Notes under the pieces: generated by a model
What the model was told of the DNA's origin: nothing
Databases searched by the model: none
The model's input: only the letters and a program-made list of their open reading frames with translations
From: Gammaproteobacteria bacterium
GTDB lineage: Bacteria > Pseudomonadota > Gammaproteobacteria > BTQY01
Reading direction: 5' to 3'
Length of the DNA stretch: 64,000 nt
Assembly (NCBI GenBank): GCA_036986115.1
Contig: BTQY01000006.1
Coordinates: forward strand, 150 to 64,149
Part shown: positions 32,629 through 44,129 of the stretch, piece after piece
How positions within the stretch are numbered: the first letter of the stretch is position 1
Layout of the letters: every line of letters starts with the position of its first letter
Program-made: the position numbers and the translations under genes

Positions 32629-33444
32629 CTAGACAGAGCTGATCTCTTCGGCGTCCTCGTCGAGGTCAGCTTGCGGAGGGTCATCGAGCTTGCATGATTC
32701 GTCCAGCTGGGGCATCGAAATATCACTAAATTCTACGTCTATGCTCTTGATTGCCTTACACATTTTTTCCATACGATCGTCCATGATCTGGATATGATCG
32801 AGCATGGCATTAATCGCATGGGCCACCGGGTCAGGCATATCGCGACTGGTTCCATAGGCATCAAAGCCGATACGTTTGGCAAACGCCTGGCGGCGCTGGC
32901 CTTCCTCGGTTTGTTCATCTGTTGCCCTTACGTTGCCATGCACCAGCCGTCCCGGTACCCCGACCACCGTCGAACCAGCCGGAACCGACTTGACCACCAC
33001 CGCATTAGAACCGATGCGCACCCCTTCTCCCAGGGTTATCGGGCCCAGCACCTTGGCACCGGCACCGACCACCACATCGTTTTCAAGGGTCGGGTGACGC
33101 TTGCCCTTCTGCCAGCTGGTGCCGCCGAGGGTAACGCCATGATATAGCGTACAGTCGTCACCGATCTCGGAGGTCTCGCCAATCACGACACCCATACCAT
33201 GATCGATAAAGAAACGCCGCCCGATAATGACGCCGGGGTGAATTTCAATACCGGTGAACCAGCGTGACGCTGTGGCCAGCATCTTGGCAATCCATTTGAG
33301 CTTGCGACACCAGAGCCAGTGCGCCAGCCGATGCCACAACACAGCGTGAAAGCCCGGATAGGTGGTAAACACCTCAAAGGCATTTCGCGCCGCCGGGTCG
33401 CGATCGAAAACACAATTGATATCTTCTTTAATCCTGTCAAACAT
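32629..33444 (-). CDS. cysE: serine O-acetyltransferase
   Basis: [21 protein letters not shown]...; hexapeptide repeats [11 protein letters not shown]. Confidence 0.9.
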   Translation of the reverse strand: MFDRIKEDINCVFDRDPAARNAFEVFTTYPGFHAVLWHRLAHWLWCRKLKWIAKMLATASRWFTGIEIHPGVIIGRRFFIDHGMGVVIGETSEIGDDCTLYHGVTLGGTSWQKGKRHPTLENDVVVGAGAKVLGPITLGEGVRIGSNAVVVKSVPAGSTVVGVPGRLVHGNVRATDEQTEEGQRRQAFAKRIGFDAYGTSRDMPDPVAHAINAMLDHIQIMDDRMEKMCKAIKSIDVEFSDISMPQLDESCKLDDPPQADLDEDAEEISSV

Positions 33445-33510
33445 GGTTATTCTATGGGTCCAGTACTAGTGGTGGATACCCGAATACTATAAAGGATAGT
33501 AATCAAGCGT

Positions 33511-33660
33511 ACCACGGGGAACACCGGGAAGACACGGGGAAAGAAATTTAAAATATAGCTGTTTATTCAAAATTCTTCTACCTTTTTTCAAAAGGAATAA
33601 TACTCAATCATTCACATTGTCAACCCTGTGCTCCCCGTGTCTTCCCGGTGTTCCCCGTGG
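33511..33660. repeat. MITE-like element: 30-bp terminal inverted repeats (CCACGGGGAACACCGGGAAGACACGGGGA) flanking an AT-rich core
   Basis: Left arm 33511-33540; right arm 33632-33660 in opposite orientation; same motif recurs at 61184-61396 and partially at about 1668-1685. Confidence 0.75.
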
Positions 33661-33705
33661 TTAAATCTTTTTTGTAATATCATCTGACTTCGTCATTTAC
33701 GAATT

Positions 33706-34437
33706 TTATGGTTTACGGGCCTTCTGCGCGCTGGTCAGGATGCCACGCAGAATATTGACTTCCATTTTATCCAGATGGGTGCGATTGAATAATCGTTTCA
33801 ACCGCCGCATTAATTGCTTTGGATTATCCGGATCCAGAAATTCTATATCAATAAGTGCTTCACGGAAATGTTTATACATTCGCTCCAGTTCATCGGCCGT
33901 CGCCGGTTCATCATCATTATTACCCTGGACGATGGCCATTGAATCATTTTCCTGCACCATCAGCATGCGGATCTCATACACCAGGATCTGTACCGCAGTG
34001 ACAATATTCAACGCCGGAAAATCTGCTACGCTCGGGATGTTGACCAGGTAGTTGCAACGCTCCAGTTCATCATTTGTCAGGCCGGTTCGTTCACGACCGA
34101 ATACCAGTGCCACTGGCGCTTTATCCGATGCTTCAAGTGCGATGCGTGCACATTCGCGCGGCATAACCTGAGGCCAGCTGACCCTGCGCAGTCTGGCGCT
34201 GGCGCCAAAAACATAACTACACCCTTTGAGCGCAAGATCCAGATCATCACAGACCACGGCTTTTGCCAGGACCCCGGATGCACCGGAGGCACGTGCCGTT
34301 GCATCGGCGGCAGGAAATTTCTTCGGCTCGACAAGATACAGGGTTTCGAGCCCCATGTTCATCATGGCCCTGGCAGTACCGCCAATGTTTCCCGGGTGTG
34401 AGGTATTCACCAGAACAATGCGTATATTCGATAACAT
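33706..34437 (-). CDS. trmJ: tRNA (cytidine/uridine-2'-O)-methyltransferase TrmJ (SpoU family)
   Basis: MLSNIRIVLVNTSHPGNIGGTARAM... aligns to E. coli TrmJ. Confidence 0.9.
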   Translation of the reverse strand: MLSNIRIVLVNTSHPGNIGGTARAMMNMGLETLYLVEPKKFPAADATARASGASGVLAKAVVCDDLDLALKGCSYVFGASARLRRVSWPQVMPRECARIALEASDKAPVALVFGRERTGLTNDELERCNYLVNIPSVADFPALNIVTAVQILVYEIRMLMVQENDSMAIVQGNNDDEPATADELERMYKHFREALIDIEFLDPDNPKQLMRRLKRLFNRTHLDKMEVNILRGILTSAQKARKP

Positions 34438-34590
34438 AATGCCAAGCATACTGGATGTACGCAGTGATGTGAAAAGATGGCTGAAATGGCAGTGATACTT
34501 GTTTTCTCGGGACTGGCTCTATACACTTGCGCCGCAATACCGCTCTTTAAAACCTGCTAACCATTTATACCGCTGAGGATTCAAATCGTC

Positions 34591-35421
34591 ATGGCCAGTC
34601 AACCTATGCTGAATATCGCCATTAATGCCGCCGTTAACGCCGGTAAGGTCATTGTCCGTTATGTGGGACGCATCGATGAACTCAATATCACCACCAAGCA
34701 GTGCAATGATTTCGTCAGCGAAGTGGATCAACAGGCAGAGCAGGAAATCATCGGCACCATTCGCGATGCCTACCCGAATCATGCCATTCTCGCTGAGGAA
34801 AGTGGCCATACCGAAGGCAGGCAAACCGGTACCAGCCAGAATAGTGCCGGTGAATACCAGTGGGTCATTGATCCGCTGGATGGTACCACCAACTTTTTGC
34901 ATGGATTTCCACAATTCGCTGTTTCCATTGCCCTTAAATACAAGGGCCGCCTGCAGCACGGTGTCATCTACGACCCGATGTCGCAGGAGATGTTTACCGC
35001 CAGCCGTGGTGAAGGCGCGCAATTAAACAACCGTCGTATTCGGGTGTCCTCGACCAAAAGCCTGGAAAACAGCCTGCTGGGCACCGGTTTTCCATTTCGT
35101 GATTACAGCAATCTGGATACCTATCTGGCCATGTTCAGAGATCTCATCACCTCTACCCATGGCATCCGTCGCCCGGGTTCTGCGGCACTGGATCTGGCCT
35201 GGCTTGCCGCTGGCAGGCTGGATGGATTCTGGGAACTGGGCCTGAATGAATGGGATCTGGCGGCCGGGGCATTAATCATTCAGGAGGCCGGTGGCCTGGT
35301 GGGTGATTTTGACGGTGGCGATGGCTACCTGCAGTCGGGCAATATCGTTGCCGGTAACCCCAAAATTTTCAAGGCACTCCTGCAGACCCTGGCACCCTAC
35401 CGAAAGGACATCAGGAATTAG
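34591..35421 (+). CDS. suhB: inositol-1-monophosphatase SuhB
   Basis: IMPase motifs DPLDGTTNF and WDLAAG. Confidence 0.9.
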   Translation: MASQPMLNIAINAAVNAGKVIVRYVGRIDELNITTKQCNDFVSEVDQQAEQEIIGTIRDAYPNHAILAEESGHTEGRQTGTSQNSAGEYQWVIDPLDGTTNFLHGFPQFAVSIALKYKGRLQHGVIYDPMSQEMFTASRGEGAQLNNRRIRVSSTKSLENSLLGTGFPFRDYSNLDTYLAMFRDLITSTHGIRRPGSAALDLAWLAAGRLDGFWELGLNEWDLAAGALIIQEAGGLVGDFDGGDGYLQSGNIVAGNPKIFKALLQTLAPYRKDIRN

Positions 35422-35619
35422 CTTGTCTTTTAGGTACCTGGCTAACAAAGCTTGTATTTACCTGAATAATACTCTGTAAGCGAATCAAGGGCTTCCGCCT
35501 AAACCCCTGCGGAACGTACCGATATTTACTGTCAAGTCTGAATGCAACGGGCCGTTACATAAACCAGGCGGCGGTGTATCAATTCACCCGCTAGATCCCT
35601 GGGGCAAGTTTAGGTAAGC

Positions 35620-35877
35620 ATGATGAAACAGAATAAAAGCAAAATGGGAAACAAGGCATTAGAAATGGTTATGCGTGATGTCCTGGATGGCTTGACAGAC
35701 TTTGCAATGGAGGCGAATTACTCACCACAAAATGGTCATTTCAGCATCCTCTCCATCGAATCACCCGATGAGGCTGCCCAGGAGCCGACCGTGAAACCGG
35801 CCCGGCAATGCCGCCAGCATAAGCGTAAGGCTGACGTTATATCTTTCATCGTGGAACGGGAACGACTGGCCTCGTGA
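35620..35877 (+). CDS. hypothetical 85-aa protein (possibly a small-RNA locus instead)
   Basis: ORF with weak Shine-Dalgarno; a clean intrinsic terminator follows at 35954-35980. Confidence 0.3.
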   Translation: MMKQNKSKMGNKALEMVMRDVLDGLTDFAMEANYSPQNGHFSILSIESPDEAAQEPTVKPARQCRQHKRKADVISFIVERERLAS

Positions 35878-35953
35878 TTTGTTCTGCCAGGACGGCTACA
35901 GCAGATTAGTACCAGGGCACATTTCGATGTTCTCCTCTCGATCTATCCATTAC

Positions 35954-35980
35954 CGGCGTTGCTGACGCCGGTCTTTTTTT
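35954..35980 (+). terminator. rho-independent terminator
   Basis: CCGGCGT-tgctg-ACGCCGG followed by TCTTTTTTT. Confidence 0.75.
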
Positions 35981-36139
35981 GTAATAATGCCGCAGTTACG
36001 ACTGGACAAATTTGTTGAACGTTCATAATCCATAACGTTTATTAACAATAAACGTCCTGTATTTCCCAGTGTGTCAATTAATTGCGGTCGTGACCCAGAT
36101 GTTCTAGATTTATGCTTAGTTAACCGGGAGAACAAGATC

Positions 36140-36475
36140 ATGAAACTGGCAATCATCATCTACTCTAATGATGCCGAGACGATATGGAACGCGTTTCGGT
36201 TGGCGAATACAGCATATGCCTTTGATGACGAATCCACCGTCTTCCTGCTGGGTAAAGGTGTCGAGAGCGCATCGGTAGACTCGATTAAATTCGATGTCAG
36301 GGAACAAATGGACATGTTCAGGAAAGCAGGTGGCAGGATGATAGGTTGTGGTGTCTGCTGCGATACCAGGGAGAAGGAAATGCCATTTATCAAAGATGAC
36401 CTTGACTGTGAAACTGGTAGCATGCGGACCCTTCTTACACTAATAAAGGAAAACGACAAGATTCTGACCTTCTAG
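36140..36475 (+). CDS. DsrE/DsrF/TusD-like sulfur-relay family protein
   Basis: GGGAG Shine-Dalgarno; MKLAIIIYSNDAETIWNAFRLANTAYAFDD...GCGVCCDTRE resembles the TusD/DsrE fold with conserved Cys. Confidence 0.5.
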   Translation: MKLAIIIYSNDAETIWNAFRLANTAYAFDDESTVFLLGKGVESASVDSIKFDVREQMDMFRKAGGRMIGCGVCCDTREKEMPFIKDDLDCETGSMRTLLTLIKENDKILTF

Positions 36476-36500
36476 GGGTAGCAGCCTGTTGCAGTGATAA

Positions 36501-37700
36501 TTACATTGGCCGGGAAGGTATCCAGACATTGAAAACAGTCCCCTGATTTTCTTCGCTCAGGACTTCAATATTGCCGCCCAACAGCTGTACCAGCCGCCTG
36601 GCTATAGTCAGGCCAATACCGGCTCCCCCATACTGGCGTGTATAGATATCTTCCCCCTGGGAGAAATCATCGAAAATCCCTTCCAGGTAGTCTTGCGGAA
36701 TTCCGATACCGGTATCAATAACACTGAATATCACACCCTTTACTTTACCGCTGTCTTTTGTCTCGATCTTTAATGTTATTTGACCATTTTTGGTGAATTT
36801 GCAGGCATTATTCAACAGATTGTACAGGATCTGGCTCAACCTCTTTGGATCGGTATTTAACATTCCGATACCGTCAGGACATTCGACAACCAGTGTATTG
36901 TGTCTGTATTGTGCAAGAGACCTGGCCTCAGCCATCAGACTATTAATCAATAATAAAATGTCACATTCCTGAATGGTGATTTGAATATCTTCTCTGTCAA
37001 TCTCGGAGAAATCCAGTATATGTTCAACCAGATGTATCAAATCATTGCAAGATGTCTCGATGGCATCGATTCCTGTATTGAGCAGCTCTGAGTCGCTTTC
37101 CCTAATATCGGTTTTTATCAGTTGTGAATAGCCCTGGATTATATTCAAAGGCGTACGTAGCTCATGGTTAATCTTTGCAAGAAACTCCATCTTCGTGCGT
37201 ATCGCATTCTGATGTGATGTTTCAGCTTGCTTGATCTCGGAAATATCGATGAAGGCCTCAAGGATCAGAATATCATGATCCATCTCGGTTCTGACCGCAT
37301 TCCTGAGCAACAACTTGCCTTCACATTCTTCTGTAACACACCGGGTTTCAACACGATCAACAGGTTCTTCGCCAGCCATTACAACGCAGCACTGTCTGTC
37401 CTGATAACAATGCAGGAATTCTGAACAATGATGTCCAATGGCAAGATTCATTGGCACACCAAATATTTCCTCCGCGGCCTTGTTCATACGTAGCAGCACG
37501 CCACTGGAGTCAAAGATACACATACCAAAGGGCGTGCTATGCAGCATCAGGTGAATTAATTGTGCTTTCGTGCGACTTTCAATCGATAGTGATTTTATCC
37601 GCTGTACCAGGCTGGCATTCTCATCTTCCAGACGAGCGATTTTGTCAAGCAAGGACTGCTCATGGTTAGTATCATCCTTAGGTACTGTAGTATCTGACAT
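36501..37700 (-). CDS. cytoplasmic PAS-domain sensor histidine kinase
   Basis: N-terminal coiled-coil; PAS; H-box HELRTPLNII; HATPase G-boxes DTGIGIP and GGAGIGLTIA; no TM or receiver domain. Confidence 0.85.
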   Translation of the reverse strand: MSDTTVPKDDTNHEQSLLDKIARLEDENASLVQRIKSLSIESRTKAQLIHLMLHSTPFGMCIFDSSGVLLRMNKAAEEIFGVPMNLAIGHHCSEFLHCYQDRQCCVVMAGEEPVDRVETRCVTEECEGKLLLRNAVRTEMDHDILILEAFIDISEIKQAETSHQNAIRTKMEFLAKINHELRTPLNIIQGYSQLIKTDIRESDSELLNTGIDAIETSCNDLIHLVEHILDFSEIDREDIQITIQECDILLLINSLMAEARSLAQYRHNTLVVECPDGIGMLNTDPKRLSQILYNLLNNACKFTKNGQITLKIETKDSGKVKGVIFSVIDTGIGIPQDYLEGIFDDFSQGEDIYTRQYGGAGIGLTIARRLVQLLGGNIEVLSEENQGTVFNVWIPSRPM

Positions 37701-38035
37701 GGAAAACCCATACTTCCGGTCCGGGAACCCTTAACTATTACAAGTATTATGTCGGCAACAAAAGCCAATTCAACGAATATAGACTAAAAATCCACAGGTT
37801 GTTTTATAGCGATTAATAACTGTTTCAATACAAAGCATACCAGGACAAAAATATTTGTCCGTAGAGGGCGCAAAGGTTTTATTGAACACTGCGCCTTCGG
37901 CACAGTCATCGATAACATGCCTTTCTCTGTGCACCTCTGCGGTTAAAGACCTGAGCCAATAAAACATTAATACTAAAGTCTTGCACTTAAAGTGCATGGT
38001 TTTAAATTAGTGGCCTAACAAGTCTGGAGTGCGAT

Positions 38036-38974
38036 TCAGGGGCCTTCATGTATATCAGCACCTTCTTTCTTGACCGGCATCAGGTCAGTCTTGCTGACAT
38101 TAAAGACCACCAGTACATTGGAAGCCACATAGATCGAGGAATAGGTGCCAATAACCACACCGATAATCAGTGCACTGGCAAAACCGTTAATCAGCTTGCC
38201 ACCCCAGACAAACAGGGAGATCAACACCAGTAACGTCGTCATGGAGGTCATCATGGTCCGGGACAGGGTCTGGTTCAGGGAGGTATTGATCACCTCGGCA
38301 GGATTGCCGGTGCGCATCTTGCGGAAGTTTTCACGGATACGATCAAAGACCACGATAGTATCATTCAGCGAATAACCAATCACCGCCAGGATGGCCGCCA
38401 GGATGGTCAGGTCAAAATCCAGTTGAAGTATGGAGAAAACACCCAGTGTAATAATAACATCATGCAACAGGGCAATGACCGAGCCTAGCGCAAACTGCCA
38501 GCCAATGAATCGCAACCACACATAGACAAGAATACCACCAAGGGCATATACCAGTGCCAGGGTACCCTGTATGGCCAGCTCTTCACCAACTTGCGGACCG
38601 ACGTACTCTACCCGGCGTATGTCGACCCTGGCATCGGCCTGGGCCTGTAATTTCTCCAGCACCCTAACACTGACCTCGGCACTGCTTGTTCCCTCACGCG
38701 GCGCAATACGTATCAATACATCGCGAGTAGTACCAAAGTTCTGCACCACCGCATCATCAAATTCACCGGCCAACGCCTGGCGTATATCAGCGAGCACGAT
38801 GGAGTTTTCATAACCCACCTCAATCACAGTACCACCAGTAAAATCGATGCCAAAGCTCAACTGTTGCTGTATCAATGAGCCTATCGAAATAAGGACCAGT
38901 GTCGCCGAGAAGATCATGGCCAGCTTGCGCTTGCCCATAAAATCAAAAGTTGGTTGTTTCTTGAAAAATTGCAT
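38036..38974 (-). CDS. secF: protein translocase subunit SecF
   Basis: MQFFKKQPTFDFMGKRKLA...; 6 TM; operon with secD. Confidence 0.95.
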   Translation of the reverse strand: MQFFKKQPTFDFMGKRKLAMIFSATLVLISIGSLIQQQLSFGIDFTGGTVIEVGYENSIVLADIRQALAGEFDDAVVQNFGTTRDVLIRIAPREGTSSAEVSVRVLEKLQAQADARVDIRRVEYVGPQVGEELAIQGTLALVYALGGILVYVWLRFIGWQFALGSVIALLHDVIITLGVFSILQLDFDLTILAAILAVIGYSLNDTIVVFDRIRENFRKMRTGNPAEVINTSLNQTLSRTMMTSMTTLLVLISLFVWGGKLINGFASALIIGVVIGTYSSIYVASNVLVVFNVSKTDLMPVKKEGADIHEGP

Positions 38975-38983
38975 GTTGTGTTC

Positions 38984-40861
38984 CTAAATTGACAATTTCT
39001 TCAATCGCTTACGCCCACCATAAACCAGATTTACCACTGCCCGTGTCCCCATAATCGCAGTAAACATCGATGTCACGATGCCAAGCGACAAGGTCACGGC
39101 GAAGCCCTTGACCGGACCGGTACCAAAGGTGAACAGGACAATCGCCGCCAGCAAGGTGGTAATATTCGCATCCGCAATCGTGGATAGCGCCTTTTCATAA
39201 CCGGCGGCAATACTTGCCTGAGGCGAATTACCTAATCGCAATTCTTCACGAATACGTTCAAAGATGAGTACGTTGGCATCTACCGCCATACCCACGGTCA
39301 GTACGATACCGGCAATGCCTGGCAAGGTCAGGGTCGCCTGCAACATAGATAACAAAGCGACAATGAGTACCAGATTTACCAGTAATGCCAGGTTGGCCAC
39401 TATGCCAAAGCCGCGGTACCAGATCGCCATGAAGGCCAGTACCAGGATAAAGCCCAGTATCACAGAGCGAAAACCCTGTTCAATACTGTCCTTACCAAGG
39501 CTTGGGCCTATGGTACGCTCTTCAACGATCTCAATCGGTGCCGCCAGTGCACCGGCGCGGAGTAATAATGCCAGCTCAGCGGATTCTTCGGTGCTATCCA
39601 GCCCGGTGGTCTGGAAGCGACTGCTAAACGTGCCCTGAATGGTGGCAACACTGATGACTTTTTCATCCTTGATGGTGCGCTTCTTCGGCTTGCCATCAAC
39701 AATAGTGGTCCTGGTCTTGGTTTCAATAAATACTACGGCCATCGGCTTTTGCAAATTTTCGCGAGTGAAGTTTCCCATACGACGGGCACCTTTGCTGTCA
39801 AGGGAAACATATACCGCCGGACTGCCAGTCTGGTTATCAAAACCGGACGAGGCATCAACAACGTTATCACCAGTCACGATCAGGCGTTTTTTCAGCAGTA
39901 CCGGGTTACCGTTGCGTTCGTAATAAATCCTGGAACCGGCCGGTACCCGACCCTGCAGGGCCTCCTGTACGCTGTTTTTTGTATCTACCGCTCGATATTC
40001 CAGCGTTGCTGCCTTACCAAGAATTTTCCTGGCCTTGTTGGGATCCTGAATGCCCGGCAGTTGCACCACGATTCGGTTGACACCTTGCTGCTGAACAATG
40101 GGTTCTGCCACCCCCAGCTGATTCACCCGGTTACGCAAGGTGGTAATATTTTGTTGCACGGCAAATTTCTGGATGTCCGCAATGTCACTTGCCTTGATAC
40201 TCGCAACGATAAAGAATTCTTTTCCCCGCTTTTCCTCGACAAGCTTTAAACCCGGGTACTCACGGGCGATGGTTGCAAGACCTTTCCCCTGTTCCTCACT
40301 ATTCTTGAACTTGATATCAATCGTGGCCCTGCCATCACCTTTCGCTGGTTTGCGGAGAATAGTGCGATACCTGACCTTGTCCTTGCGCAGGATTCCACGC
40401 AAGTCCCCGACATAACGCTGTTCGGCCTTGACAATAGCCTCATCAGTATCCACTTCGATAAGGAAGTGCACCCCGCCCTGCAGGTCCAGGCCAAGATACA
40501 TCGGGGCCGCATTCAGGCTGACAAAAAAGGCAGGCGTGTTGGCGACCAGGTTTAACGCCACATTATACTTCTCACCCAGGGATTGACTGATGGCATCCCT
40601 GGCGTTGAGCTGGGTCTCGTTATCATCAAAACGCAGCAATATCTTTGAATCCCGTAATACCGCGCTCTTGTAGTTCAGTGATTTTTTCTTTAGCAGTGCT
40701 TCCACCTTCTCAAGTATGGCGATATCCACCGTGACCTTGTAATAGGAAGGCGATATCTGTACTGATGGATCCTTGCTGTAGAGATTCGGTATCGCATACA
40801 GCGTACCAAGCACCAGCAAGGTGATGATCATCAAATACTTCCAGAGGGGATAAACGTTCAT
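38984..40861 (-). CDS. secD: protein translocase subunit SecD
   Basis: 625 aa; large periplasmic domain then 6-TM SecD core. Confidence 0.95.
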   Translation of the reverse strand: MNVYPLWKYLMIITLLVLGTLYAIPNLYSKDPSVQISPSYYKVTVDIAILEKVEALLKKKSLNYKSAVLRDSKILLRFDDNETQLNARDAISQSLGEKYNVALNLVANTPAFFVSLNAAPMYLGLDLQGGVHFLIEVDTDEAIVKAEQRYVGDLRGILRKDKVRYRTILRKPAKGDGRATIDIKFKNSEEQGKGLATIAREYPGLKLVEEKRGKEFFIVASIKASDIADIQKFAVQQNITTLRNRVNQLGVAEPIVQQQGVNRIVVQLPGIQDPNKARKILGKAATLEYRAVDTKNSVQEALQGRVPAGSRIYYERNGNPVLLKKRLIVTGDNVVDASSGFDNQTGSPAVYVSLDSKGARRMGNFTRENLQKPMAVVFIETKTRTTIVDGKPKKRTIKDEKVISVATIQGTFSSRFQTTGLDSTEESAELALLLRAGALAAPIEIVEERTIGPSLGKDSIEQGFRSVILGFILVLAFMAIWYRGFGIVANLALLVNLVLIVALLSMLQATLTLPGIAGIVLTVGMAVDANVLIFERIREELRLGNSPQASIAAGYEKALSTIADANITTLLAAIVLFTFGTGPVKGFAVTLSLGIVTSMFTAIMGTRAVVNLVYGGRKRLKKLSI

Positions 40862-40906
40862 TTCAACTGGCCTGTTGCTGTAATTTCATTCTTGTCATGT
40901 GGCAAA

Positions 40907-41236
40907 TCAGGATGATTTAAGGGTGCCCTTCGGCATCAGCTGCGAAATCATGTGCCGTTGTACCTTGATGGTGACACCCTCGGCGATTTCAAGATCCATG
41001 AAGGTCTCACCGATTTTGACGATCTTGCCCAACACCCCGCCATTGGTGATCACTTCATCGCCCCTGGCCAGCGCGGTGACCATTTTATTGTGTTCCTTGG
41101 CCTTTTTCTGCTGCGGACGGATCAACAAAAAATAGAAAACGGCGAATAATCCGATCAATAAAAAGATCTGTCCGAAACCACCCTGCGAGGCCGCCTGGGC
41201 ACCTTCCGCCCACGCGCTGGAGATTAAAAAGTCCAT
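40907..41236 (-). CDS. yajC: preprotein translocase subunit YajC
   Basis: 109 aa; single TM; LLIRPQQKK; upstream of secD. Confidence 0.9.
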   Translation of the reverse strand: MDFLISSAWAEGAQAASQGGFGQIFLLIGLFAVFYFLLIRPQQKKAKEHNKMVTALARGDEVITNGGVLGKIVKIGETFMDLEIAEGVTIKVQRHMISQLMPKGTLKSS

Positions 41237-41312
41237 AGCAAACCTTCCTGTATAATTAATATTATCTTGATAATCAAGAAGTTATGAATTTATCGTTAAA
41301 ATGCGTGGCCTA

Positions 41313-42425
<1,113 letters not shown>

Positions 42426-42531
42426 TCATTCCTGATAGCGCCAGATTCTGTTAGGTTTCGATGCGCTCTGCCTATCAACCTACGTTAAGGCACTATGCAC
42501 CTGAAGTGCAAGACTTTAGTATCAATGTTTT

Positions 42532-42760
42532 ATTAGCTCAAATCTTTAACCGCAGAGGTCGCAGAGCTACACAGAGAAAAACATGTTATTGATTACCGTG
42601 CCAAAGTCGCAGTAATCAATAAAACCTTTGCGTACCTCTGCGCCCTCTGCGACCTCTGCGGTAAAATGTTTTTGTCTCAGCGTACTTCGTTGGGCTTCGC
42701 GTTGCTCTGCGCCAACCTACGTTGAGATTATTATTTGCGTTGTCGCTACCGGCAATCGCT
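42532..42760. repeat. intergenic repeat element of the CCTCTGCGGTTAAA / TTAGCTCAAATCTTTAACCGCAGAGGTCGC family, with flanking CAACCTACGTTRAG direct repeats
   Basis: Inverted ACCGCAGAGG...CCTCTGCGGT arms; related copies at 50510-50632, 44331-44384 and 37926-37958; CAACCTACGTT at about 42474 and 42712. Confidence 0.65.
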
Positions 42761-42879
42761 CCACCTTAGAACCGCCTTCGGCGTTTCATCAGGTACTTCC
42801 TGATCTCGCTTAGGCTCGTTCTGGTCGCGCACATCCCTGTGCTCCCGCGATACTAATACTTCCTGTATGTCGTCCTGCC

Positions 42880-43956
42880 TCACGCGACACTAGTACGTCC
42901 CTGTACGTCGCATTTGCGGACTTGTTTTTCTATCTGTCGCGTAATCAACATTGCATCGCCATAACTGAAGAAACGGTAGTCGTTATCTACCGCATGAGTA
43001 TATGCGTTCATTATATGATCATGGCCAGCAAATGCACTGACCAGCATTAGCAGGGTAGATTCCGGTAAATGGAAATTGGTCAGCATTGCATCAACCACCT
43101 GGAATTCAAAACCGGGGTAAATAAATATATCGGTCTCGCCTGCAAACGGAGCTAGTCCTGTGTCGGTGACCGAAGACTCCAGTGCACGCGTCACTGTGGT
43201 CCCCACCGCAATCACCCTGCCGCCCTGCTGCCTGGTGCGGGCAATATCATCACATACTGTTTGTGACACAGTGATTCGTTCACTGTGCATCCTGTGGCTA
43301 TTAATATCATCCACCCTGACCGGCTGAAACGTTCCCGCACCAACATGGAGTGTAATCATTGCAGTATTTATTCCCGACTCTTTCAGGCGTTGCAGCATTT
43401 GTTCATCAAAATGCAGGCCGGCGGTAGGTGCGGCGACAGCACCATCATGTCTGGCATAGACCGTCTGGTAACGATCACGATCATCGGCATTGTCCTGTCG
43501 GGCAATATAGGGTGGTAATGGGACATGCCCTGCCTCATTCAGAATACTGAGGACGTCACGTGGATCATTAAACTGAAGCTCAAACAGGTCTGCTTCACGG
43601 CCCAGCACCTCCACCCTGATACTATTCTCGAGCAACATACGGCGTCCTGTCCGTGGTGATTTACTTGCCCTGATATGTGCCAGCACCCGCTTGTTGTCGA
43701 GGACCCTTTCCACCAGTACCTCGACCTTGCCGCCGCTGTCCTTTTCTCCCAGTAATCGCGCCGGAATCACCCGGGTGTCATTAAATACCAGCAGGTCACC
43801 ACGGCATAACAAGCCAGGCAACTCACCGAATATCCTGTCCTCAACCATGCCACTGTTTCCATCCAGCATCAGCAGGCGGCTGGCGCCACGTTGTTCCAGT
43901 GGATACTGGGCAATGCAGCCCTCCGGTAAATGATAGTGAAAATCGCTTAACTTCAT
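42880..43956 (-). CDS. queA: S-adenosylmethionine:tRNA ribosyltransferase-isomerase (start at [13 protein letters not shown]; the longer ORF 5' extension is probably untranslated)
   Basis: [19 protein letters not shown] aligns with the E. coli QueA N-terminus; the last ~30 bp of the ORF lie inside a dispersed repeat module. Confidence 0.9.
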   Translation of the reverse strand: MKLSDFHYHLPEGCIAQYPLEQRGASRLLMLDGNSGMVEDRIFGELPGLLCRGDLLVFNDTRVIPARLLGEKDSGGKVEVLVERVLDNKRVLAHIRASKSPRTGRRMLLENSIRVEVLGREADLFELQFNDPRDVLSILNEAGHVPLPPYIARQDNADDRDRYQTVYARHDGAVAAPTAGLHFDEQMLQRLKESGINTAMITLHVGAGTFQPVRVDDINSHRMHSERITVSQTVCDDIARTRQQGGRVIAVGTTVTRALESSVTDTGLAPFAGETDIFIYPGFEFQVVDAMLTNFHLPESTLLMLVSAFAGHDHIMNAYTHAVDNDYRFFSYGDAMLITRQIEKQVRKCDVQGRTSVA

Positions 43957-44129
43957 GGTTGCGGATATTAACCCAGATATTATCCCAATAGGACCCAATT
44001 TACGGACTGATTCGCAAAGGCAACCAGGTAAAACAGCAAGATACTGTCTTTGCATGGCGACGCAGTCCTTGTGAAGCTGCAAAATTCCGATACACTATGC
44101 GGGCTTTTATAGCAATGACACCTCACACG

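Noticed and set aside
42880-44082. Extended 400-aa queA ORF starting 42 codons upstream (MQLHKDC...)
   Set aside because: Alignment with known QueA N-termini (MxxxDFxxxLPE) places the start at [13 protein letters not shown] (43956). The upstream extension has no homology.
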